Source: Terriglobales bacterium (GTDB lineage Bacteria; Acidobacteriota; Terriglobia; Terriglobales; SCQP01). Taken from it: a stretch of 64,000 nt of DNA. The stretch lies in assembly GCA_035531375.1 (NCBI GenBank), contig DATKSZ010000017.1, forward strand, positions 2,017 to 66,016, in the 5' to 3' direction. The position numbers were made by a program, and so were the translations under genes. Positions 28,316 through 35,309 of this stretch are shown here, piece by piece (the stretch's first letter is position 1; every line of letters starts with the position of its first letter). The notes below the pieces were generated by a model. It did not search any database, was not told the origin of the DNA, and saw only the letters and a program-made list of their open reading frames with translations.

Positions 28316-28574
28316 GTTCTTCCACACCCTCCCGCTCCGCGCGCACCGGCGCGGGGCGCTAATAGCCAAATGGCACTGCGCGCCAATGGCGCTCGGCCCG
28401 GGCGGAAACGGGGAAGCGGAGGGGACCGCACCGAGGCGCGACTGGCAGATAGACTCCCGAAGCCAACGATGCAAGTGCAGGGCCATCCCGCGCCGCTGAT
28501 AATCCTCCACTTAGGCCGCGCCGCCGCCGCCGCGCAGGAGCCTGGCTTCCGCAAATGCGCAAACCGTTGCGCCC

Positions 28575-31187
28575 TCACTGCATTGTCGTGGTGCCGTAGA
28601 ACACCACCAGGCCGACGTTCAAATCCGCCGCCCCGGTCATGTCGGGTGGGGCGTCATAGTCGGTGTAGAAACTGAAGCCCTCGTGCCCGGCGCCGCCCTG
28701 GTCCACGATCAGGCCGCCGTACAGTTGCAGCGCGCGCGCCAGCGCGATGACCGCGGTCGAGTGCGTGGCCGGGTCGAGTTGCGTCCAATCCCCCGTCCAG
28801 GCCAGCACGCCCCCCTCGCACAGCACCGCCTGCGGCAGGGCATTGAAGCCATCGCCCGATTTGCCGGTGGGGAAGGCGTCGCAGGTGGCGCTGTTGATCA
28901 AGTCGGGCGAGCCCACCAGCAGCACGGTGTGGTTGAGGCAGGTGGCGCAGTCCAGCTCGCCCGGCATGATGTCGCCCGCCCCCGCCACCAGCCCCGCCGC
29001 CGTGGCCCCGCCCAGGTTGGGCGCCGAGGTCGCCAGGTTGCCGCTGAAGACGCCGCGCACGCCGCACACCGTCTCCCCCGCCCCCCCGCACAGCCCGCTG
29101 CCATAGCCATTCACCCCGAAATTGATGGGCTGGCCTTGGCTGTTCACGTAGAGCTGGTCCATCTCGTAGAAATTGCCGGTGGTGTCGTCAATGATGAAGT
29201 CCTTGCCGTCGTAGGAGCCGAAGCAACCGGTGGCGCCGAATTGCGCCGGCGGCAGCCAGCCGCAGGAGGGCGTCCAAACATCTCCGGGCGGGTTGGGCAC
29301 GCTGGCGCTGTCGTGCCGCCAGCCCGGGCCGTAGTTGAAGTCGTTGAAGCCGGTGCTGCCGTAGCTGTCGTTGGTGTGCTGCACCGGCATGGCAAAGCCT
29401 GCCTGGTTGGTATTGAGATCGGGCGGTGCCCAGCCCGCCGTCAGCGTGGCCAGGTCGCGGCCGCTGCCCCAGCGTGGGTTGGCGCCGGCATAGAGCCACG
29501 CCGCCGCCGGACTGGTGAAGAAGCACCCCGGGCACGCCGTCGCCGTCGGCGGCGCCTCCACCGTCAGCACCCGCACGCTGCCCAGGCCGCTGACCCCGTT
29601 GGCGTCGGTGGCGGTCACGGTATACTGCCCCGGCGCCGCCGCCGTGAACACCCCGCTGGCCGCGTCTACCTCGCCGCCGTTGGTCGCCGTCCAGCTCAGC
29701 GTGGCCGGCACGCTGCCGTCGGCATAGTGGGCGGTCAGCGTCGCCGTCTCGCCCGCCAGCAGCACCAGCCCCGGCGGCGCGACCGTCAGCGCCGCCGCCG
29801 CCGCAATGCTGACCGTCGCGCTGGCCTGGGCGCCGTGGCTGTCGGTGGCGGTGACCGCGAAGTTGCCCGCCGCGCTGGCGGTGAAGACGCCGCCGGAGGT
29901 GATGCTCCCCCCGCCGCTGGCGGCCCAGCTCACGCCGCTGGGGGTGCTGCCGTCGGAATAGGTGGCGGCGAAGGTCTGGCTCTGGCCCACCGTCAGCGCG
30001 GCGCTGGCCGGCGCCACGCCCAATGTCGGCGCCGCCGCGATGCTGACCGTCGCGCTGGCCTGGGCGCCGTGGCTGTCGGTGGCGGTGACCGCGAAGTTGC
30101 CCGCCGCGCTGGCGGTGAAGACGCCGCCCGAGGTGATCGTCCCCCCGCCGCTGGCGGCCCAGCTCACGCCGCTGGGGGTGCTGCCGTCGGAATAGGTGGC
30201 GGCGAAGGTCTGGCTCTGGCCCACCGTCAGCGCGGCGCTGGCCGGCGCCACCCCCAGCGCCGGCGGCGGTGGCGCCGACGCCGGTGTGTAGGTGAACACC
30301 GCGCTCCACAGGTCGGGGTTGCTGTAGTTCGACGACTCGATGCGCAGGTCGTAGCTGGCGCCGGCGCTGAGATTTGTCAGCGTGGCGGTGTGCTGCGTCA
30401 AGAGTTTCCAGACGGCGTAATGCAGCGCCCCGCCGCCGCTGTGCAGCGCATACCAGACCTGCGTGTTCAGCGCCGCGCTGGTCGCCCAGCTCAGCGTCAG
30501 CGTGCTGGGGTCGGGGCTGGCCAGGGTCGGCAGCGGCAGCGTGCCCGTCCCGGTGGTGGTCGGCAGGGAACTGGCGGCCGCCGCCACCGCCACCCCGGCG
30601 CTGGCCTGCTGCCCCAGCCCGTCGCTGGCGCTCACGCGGAAGCTGCCCACCGCGCTGGCGATGTAAACGCCCGCCGCCGTGATCGTGCCCCCGCCGCTGG
30701 CGCTCCAAGTGATCGCGCTCGGCGTCGAGCCGTCCGAATAGCTGGCCACGAACGTCTGGCTCTGCCCCACCTGCAGGCTGACGCTGGGCGGGCTGATGCC
30801 CAGGCTGACCACCGGTGGCGGCCCGCCGCCGGTGGTGAAGGAAAACACCGCGCTCCACAGGTCCGGATTGCTGTAGTTCGACGATTCGATCCGCAGATCG
30901 TAGCTCGTACCCCCCGCCAAGCCGGACAGCGTGGCGCTGTGCGCCGTCACCAGCTTCCAGTTGGCATAGTGCTGGCTCAGGCTGGCGCCGTGCACCCCGT
31001 ACCAGACCTGGGTGTTCAAGCCCGCCGCCGTGCTCCAGCTCAGCGCCACCGAGGTCGCGCTCGGGCTGGACACGCTCGGCTGCGGCAGCGTCCCCGTCCC
31101 CTGCGCCGCCGCCCACCCCCCGGCCGCTCCCAGCGCGACTAGTCCCGTCCACGCCGCCCGCCAGCGCGCGCCCCGCAGCATTGCCAT
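28575..31187 (-). CDS. Large secreted multidomain protein: 2 FN3-like plus 5 Ig-like (Big_2-like) domains plus a 319-aa Cys-rich C-terminal domain of unknown function
   Basis: Signal peptide MAMLRGARWRAAWTGLVALGAAGGWAAAQG. FN3-like SVALSWSTAAGLNTQVWYG...YDLRIESSNYSNPDLWS occurs twice. Big_2-like ...GQSQTF.A.YSDGSTPS..W.ASGGG.IT..GV... repeats. The ORF track start at 31280 is probably upstream of the true start. Confidence 0.7.
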   Translation of the reverse strand: MAMLRGARWRAAWTGLVALGAAGGWAAAQGTGTLPQPSVSSPSATSVALSWSTAAGLNTQVWYGVHGASLSQHYANWKLVTAHSATLSGLAGGTSYDLRIESSNYSNPDLWSAVFSFTTGGGPPPVVSLGISPPSVSLQVGQSQTFVASYSDGSTPSAITWSASGGGTITAAGVYIASAVGSFRVSASDGLGQQASAGVAVAAAASSLPTTTGTGTLPLPTLASPDPSTLTLSWATSAALNTQVWYALHSGGGALHYAVWKLLTQHTATLTNLSAGASYDLRIESSNYSNPDLWSAVFTYTPASAPPPPALGVAPASAALTVGQSQTFAATYSDGSTPSGVSWAASGGGTITSGGVFTASAAGNFAVTATDSHGAQASATVSIAAAPTLGVAPASAALTVGQSQTFAATYSDGSTPSGVSWAASGGGSITSGGVFTASAAGNFAVTATDSHGAQASATVSIAAAAALTVAPPGLVLLAGETATLTAHYADGSVPATLSWTATNGGEVDAASGVFTAAAPGQYTVTATDANGVSGLGSVRVLTVEAPPTATACPGCFFTSPAAAWLYAGANPRWGSGRDLATLTAGWAPPDLNTNQAGFAMPVQHTNDSYGSTGFNDFNYGPGWRHDSASVPNPPGDVWTPSCGWLPPAQFGATGCFGSYDGKDFIIDDTTGNFYEMDQLYVNSQGQPINFGVNGYGSGLCGGAGETVCGVRGVFSGNLATSAPNLGGATAAGLVAGAGDIMPGELDCATCLNHTVLLVGSPDLINSATCDAFPTGKSGDGFNALPQAVLCEGGVLAWTGDWTQLDPATHSTAVIALARALQLYGGLIVDQGGAGHEGFSFYTDYDAPPDMTGAADLNVGLVVFYGTTTMQ
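29795..30262 (-). repeat. Near-perfect 234-bp tandem duplication inside the multidomain gene (two 78-aa Ig-like domains)
   Basis: ATGCTGACCGTCGCGCTGGCCTGGGCGCCGTGGCTG occurs at 29806 and 30040. The two units differ at only a few bases (2 aa differences). Confidence 0.85.
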
Positions 31188-31313
31188 TTTCGCCTCGATT
31201 GCTGGATGCGTATCCAGAGAGGCTGGCCAGTGCTGGAGATGCCCGCCAAAAGGCGAGTTGCGCGCTGCCCCCGGCCCCACGCCGCCCTCGGTATGCTATG
31301 GTGAAAAGCAAGA

Positions 31314-31388
31314 GCGGGAGTAGTTCAGTGGTAGAACGCCAGCTTCCCAAGCTGGATGTCGCCGGTTCGATCCCGGTCTCCCGCTCCA
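31314..31388 (+). tRNA. tRNA-Gly (anticodon CCC)
   Basis: Cloverleaf read by eye: GCGGGAG TA GTTC AGTGGTA GAAC G CCAGC TTCCCAA GCTGG ATGTC GCCGG TTCGATC CCGGT CTCCCGC T CCA. Confidence 0.9.
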
Positions 31389-31389
31389 G

Positions 31390-31734
31390 CTAGCCCTCGC
31401 CCACCAGCCGCGCCAGGCGGCGGTCCAGCGTCCACAACGGCATAGCCGCGGCCAGAGCCGCCGCTGCCAGGTGCACGTCCACCCAGCCCACCCCCTGGCC
31501 CCGCCAACCCCGCCGCTCCACCACCTCCAGGACCAGCCCGTCATCCAGCCGCGGGACGGCGGGGAGGTGCTGCAACAGGGCCAGGGTTCGCCTCCGGTCC
31601 GGCAACCGCCCGCACGCCAATTCCCCCACCACCATCGCGTGCGTGGCCACTTCGCCGGCCAGCAGCTTGGCCGCCAGCTCGGGGTTGCCCAGGCGAAAAT
31701 GCTCCACCCACACCGAGGTGTCCACCAGGGTCAC
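31390..31734 (-). CDS. vapC: Type II toxin VapC (PIN-domain ribonuclease)
   Basis: GTG start overlaps the vapB stop (GTGA). VTLVDTSVWVEHF..., ...WVDVHLAAAALAA..., LWTLDRRL give the PIN acidic residues. The stop lies 2 nt from the tRNA-Gly 3' end. Confidence 0.8.
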   Translation of the reverse strand: MTLVDTSVWVEHFRLGNPELAAKLLAGEVATHAMVVGELACGRLPDRRRTLALLQHLPAVPRLDDGLVLEVVERRGWRGQGVGWVDVHLAAAALAAAMPLWTLDRRLARLVGEG

Positions 31735-31925
31735 GGCCGCCGCCGCCGCGGCGGCCTCATCTTGGGCGCGCTGCCGCCCAGCGCCGCCAGCTCTCGCGCC
31801 GCCTCGCGCGCGATCAGCGCCTCCAGCCCGCGGTGGATGAGCGCCGTCTTCTCCCGGATGCCGGTCAGCCGCCGCGCCTCCTCGATCAGCTCCGCGTTCA
31901 AGTTGAGCGTGGTTCTCGTATGCAT
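31731..31925 (-). CDS. vapB: Type II antitoxin VapB (DUF2191-type)
   Basis: MHTRTTLNLNAELIEEARRLTGIREKTALIHRGLEALIAREAARELAALGG is the typical VapB N-terminus. 64 aa. Confidence 0.8.
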   Translation of the reverse strand: MHTRTTLNLNAELIEEARRLTGIREKTALIHRGLEALIAREAARELAALGGSAPKMRPPRRRRP

Positions 31926-32027
31926 GCATCTGCATTATAGATGCAGAGCAAGACGCGGCGACGACCGAGTGGTCTCGGGGCAGACCAGTTCGAGGTCGAG
32001 GAGCGGGGTTGCCTACCGGGTCCCGCT

Positions 32028-32226
32028 CGCGGGGGTCGCGCCGCTTTGCCTGCTGGCAAAACCGGCGCGAAAGGCTGCGAAATTCCGCAGGGCGGCCCGC
32101 CCCCGGGAAGCGAATTCGGCGCGGCCCCAGCGAGGCGCAGCGCCGACTCGGGGCCATGGGGCCCCCGAGTCGGCGCGAGCAAAAGCGGGACGCGCGCCGC
32201 AGGCGCGCTGGGGCCCGCGCCCACCA
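32028..32226 (+). repeat. R1 element, copy C (short variant)
   Basis: A 199-bp copy in the divergent region between vapB and an OMP gene. Confidence 0.9.
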
Positions 32227-32462
32227 ATTCGTCGCCGGCAAGCAACGCCTCGCCTGCCGAGCCGCCTCGACCGTCTCAGGGCGGCCGAGGGGGCCGCGGC
32301 CAACGGGAGCGGGCGGGGGCGCAGCCCCCGATCAAGGGAGGCGCAAGCCTCTCCCCGCCCCCCGCCCCCGTGCCAAACTAGGCAACTTCCCCACCCCCGG
32401 CTTCCCCCGGCCCCGGCGCTATAATCGAGGGAAGCAGTTCCACTCTGGCTGGAGGAGGCCGT

Positions 32463-33029
32463 TTGCGCGCCCTACGCACCACCCTGATCGTGCTCGCCGG
32501 GTTGTTGCTGGCGCCCCTTGCCCCGGCCCAGTCGCTCGACGCCTTCGTCGGCCTCAATGCCCTGACCGCCAGCCAGGCGGTGCAGAATATCCCCCGCCTG
32601 GGCGGCGGCCTCTTCCCCAGCGCCGGCGTCAATCTGTTCTTGGGCGCGGTGGGCGTGGGCGGCGAGGTGGCCTTCCGCGCCACCCCCAACAGTTCCAGCC
32701 TGCGGCCGATCTACTACGATTTCAACCTGCTGCTCGACCCCTTCCACATCAGCCGCTCCATCGTGCCCGAACTGATGGTCGGCCTCGGGGCCCAGACCGT
32801 GCGCAGCTACCAGGGCCTGGCGCAGTGCAGCGGCCTGGGGGGATGCGCCAGCTATGCCAGCAGCCATCTCTCCGCCCACCTCGGGCTGGCGTTCAAGGTG
32901 TATCTGACCGAACATATCTTCTTGCGCCCGGAGGCGCATTTCTACTTCATCCGCAACAACCAGCAATTCCAGGCCTCGAGCGCCGAGCGCTTTGGCGTTT
33001 CCCTGGGCTACACCCTGGGCGGGGGCTAG
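32463..33029 (+). CDS. Small outer-membrane beta-barrel protein (OmpW/OmpA-barrel-like), paralog 1
   Basis: TTG start. Signal peptide MRALRTTLIVLAGLLLAPLAPAQS, alternating beta-strand pattern, C-terminal ...FGVSLGYTLG. Confidence 0.6.
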   Translation: MRALRTTLIVLAGLLLAPLAPAQSLDAFVGLNALTASQAVQNIPRLGGGLFPSAGVNLFLGAVGVGGEVAFRATPNSSSLRPIYYDFNLLLDPFHISRSIVPELMVGLGAQTVRSYQGLAQCSGLGGCASYASSHLSAHLGLAFKVYLTEHIFLRPEAHFYFIRNNQQFQASSAERFGVSLGYTLGGG

Positions 33030-33086
33030 CGCAACCGATGGGCGCCCGGGACCGTCTCATATGCTTCTAGCAGAACAGGAGAACGC

Positions 33087-33662
33087 GTGAAAATCTTCCG
33101 TTGGGTAGTCCTGGCCGCGGTTTGCCTGACCTGGACCAGCTTCTCGCTCGGGCAATCGGTGGATGCCTTTTTCGGCTTCAATGCCCTCGTCACCAAGGCC
33201 GGGCCGAGCGGCGTGCCCAAGCTGGGCGGCGGCCTCTACCCCAATGTGGGCGGCGACCTGATCTTCCTGCCCCACGGCCTCGGCATCGGCGCCCAGGTGG
33301 CCTGGCGCGGCAGCATGACGAGCTACAATGTGCGCCCCGTCTTCTACACCTTCAACCTGGTCTGGGAGCCGGTGGCCCCGGGCTTCTCGGTGCGGCCCGA
33401 CATCGCCGTCGGCTTTGGCGCCGAGAACCTGCGCATCTACACGGGCGCGCTGAACTGCGGCTACTTCGGCTGCAACAACCACTCCAGCTCCAACCATCTC
33501 GTGCTGCACGCCGGCTTCGGCCTCAAGGTCTACCTCTCCGATCATATCTTCCTGCGTCCGTCGGTGGACTACTACAACATCCACAACAACGTCGAGTTCG
33601 CCGTGCCCAACGCCTGGCAGGTGGGCGTCTCCATCGGCTACACCCTGGGGCCCAGTTCCTAG
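33087..33662 (+). CDS. Small outer-membrane beta-barrel protein, paralog 2
   Basis: GTG start after AGGAG. Colinear with the upstream paralog (SVDAFFGFNAL, LGGGLYPN, HIFLRPS, VGVSIGYTLG). Confidence 0.6.
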   Translation: MKIFRWVVLAAVCLTWTSFSLGQSVDAFFGFNALVTKAGPSGVPKLGGGLYPNVGGDLIFLPHGLGIGAQVAWRGSMTSYNVRPVFYTFNLVWEPVAPGFSVRPDIAVGFGAENLRIYTGALNCGYFGCNNHSSSNHLVLHAGFGLKVYLSDHIFLRPSVDYYNIHNNVEFAVPNAWQVGVSIGYTLGPSS

Positions 33663-33735
33663 CCCGCGTTTCTCGCCGCGGCGTGGCGCTTGACACAGCT
33701 CTGCTTTGGCGGGAGCATCACATATCGAGGTCGCT

Positions 33736-33930
33736 ATGGTAAGCAAGCAGTGCGTGGCCTGCGGCGAATACTTCGTCGGCGAGCTGAACGGCGACTACTC
33801 CTGCCCCGTCTGCCGCCAAGCGGGCGTCTCGCAGCGGCTGCGGCCGCTGGCCACGCTCGACGATCTCGGCCGCGGCGATGCTCCCCGCGCCGCGGGCGCC
33901 CCCGGCGCCACCAAGGGGCAGGCCGCCTAG
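33736..33930 (+). CDS. Small zinc-ribbon protein
   Basis: MVSKQCVACGEYFVGELNGDYSCPVCRQAG contains CxxC-N15-CxxC. The ATG follows GAGG. Confidence 0.45.
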   Translation: MVSKQCVACGEYFVGELNGDYSCPVCRQAGVSQRLRPLATLDDLGRGDAPRAAGAPGATKGQAA

Positions 33931-33944
33931 CCGCCGCCTAGCCC

Positions 33945-34376
33945 ATGCCCGCGCTCATTTGTGACCTGCGGCCGCAAGCGGCCGAGCTGGCCGCCGAGTA
34001 TGGCCAACTGTGCGAAGCCGGCGAGGCGCTGGCGCTGTTCTGGCCCTGCGCCGCCCTCTACCCGCCCGCCGATTGGGCGGCGGTGCGCCACCCCGGCGAA
34101 CTGGCCGCCGCCTGGGAAGACGAGCGCATCGCCCTGCTGGCCACGGAGGGTCCCGGCCTGCCGCCTTGGCTGCTGCTGGAAGACTTCCACCGCCTGCTGC
34201 TGATCAGCCCCGCTTCCGCCCCCGCCGCCCTCGGTCCGGAGGAGCGCCGCCTGCTGGACGCCCTCTTCGCCGCCGGCGCCGAAGCCGTCGAACTGCTGCC
34301 CCCGGCCGCCGCCCGCGATTTGGCCCAAAGCTGGTGCAGCGGCCGCCGCGCCGGCGCCCTCGTCCTCACCCCCTGA
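33945..34376 (+). CDS. Hypothetical protein (143 aa)
   Basis: ORF only. Follows the zinc-ribbon gene by 14 nt. No motif recognised. Confidence 0.35.
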   Translation: MPALICDLRPQAAELAAEYGQLCEAGEALALFWPCAALYPPADWAAVRHPGELAAAWEDERIALLATEGPGLPPWLLLEDFHRLLLISPASAPAALGPEERRLLDALFAAGAEAVELLPPAAARDLAQSWCSGRRAGALVLTP

Positions 34377-34404
34377 CCCCGCCCGCGCCCGGCAGGCGTG
34401 AGCC

Positions 34405-35226
34405 TCAGCGCCCGCCCTGGGGGTCGGCATGCACCACCGCCGGCGGCAGCGGCACCGGCGGCAGCCCCATCAGCACCCGATACTCCGGCCGCATCCGCAG
34501 CGGGGCAAACTGCGGGTCGGTCAGCGACTTCTTGATGTCGCGATAGTGCTGCTCATAGGCTTGCCGGAACTGGTGCAGCGCGTCGTCCAGCATCCCCATC
34601 GAGCAGAACAGCCGCGACAGGTCGTAGTGAAACCGCGGCGTATCGCTGCCGGCCGGGTCGGCCACCAGGGTGCCGTTGCCGGTGGCGGGAAACAGCGAGT
34701 TCGGATCAATCTCGATGGCATGGCGGTAGGCCGCCAGCGCCGGCTGAAAGTGCTTCTGGGAGAACTCGGCGCCGCCCAGATTGACGTAGTAGGTGGCCTT
34801 GGTGTTGTCCAGCCGCAGCGCCTTGCTGAACTGCTTGGCGGCAGCCTTGTACTTGCGCCGCATGTAGTACACCGTGCCCAGGTTGTTCACATAGGTGGCG
34901 CTGTGGCGGTCGCGCTTGATCGCATTCTTGTAGTTCTTCTCCGCCTGCCCGAGGTTGTTGGTCTGTTGGTCGGCGATCGCCAGCCGGTTGTAGATGCTGG
35001 CGTCGGCCTGGTGGTGTTTGATGGCGTCCTGGAGCAGGCGGATCGCCGCCGCGTAGTCGCGCCGGGCCAGGAAGATGTCGGCGCGCTCGCCCACCGTCAG
35101 CAGCGGGGTGGGGCGGGCGTCGTTGGAGGAATAGGCCGGGATTTGCGCGCCCAAGCCCGGGCCCCATCCCACCAGCAGGCCCAGGGCGAGGGTACTCCCC
35201 AGGGCAGTGCGCTTGTGCAGCTTCAT
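34405..35226 (-). CDS. Secreted tetratricopeptide (TPR) repeat protein
   Basis: Signal peptide MKLHKRTALGSTLALGLLVGWGPGLGAQ. Several TPR units (AAIRLLQDAIK, YNRLAIADQQTNNLGQAEKNYKNAIK, YVNLGGAEFSQKHFQPALAAYRHAIEIDP). Confidence 0.8.
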   Translation of the reverse strand: MKLHKRTALGSTLALGLLVGWGPGLGAQIPAYSSNDARPTPLLTVGERADIFLARRDYAAAIRLLQDAIKHHQADASIYNRLAIADQQTNNLGQAEKNYKNAIKRDRHSATYVNNLGTVYYMRRKYKAAAKQFSKALRLDNTKATYYVNLGGAEFSQKHFQPALAAYRHAIEIDPNSLFPATGNGTLVADPAGSDTPRFHYDLSRLFCSMGMLDDALHQFRQAYEQHYRDIKKSLTDPQFAPLRMRPEYRVLMGLPPVPLPPAVVHADPQGGR

Positions 35227-35309
35227 CGCAGGCCTCCTGCGAACCGAATTCTGCCCCTAGTATCCTCTCCCATGGGAGCTATTTCAAGCGGACGCGGCCG
35301 CGCCCGGCC

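Noticed and set aside
28316-28574. A sigma-54-type promoter (TGGC..TGC) upstream of the PEP-CTERM gene.
   Set aside because: The best candidate (TTGGCGCGCAGTGCC on the minus strand) has GG-to-GC spacing about 2 nt shorter than the -24/-12 consensus, so it is not supported.
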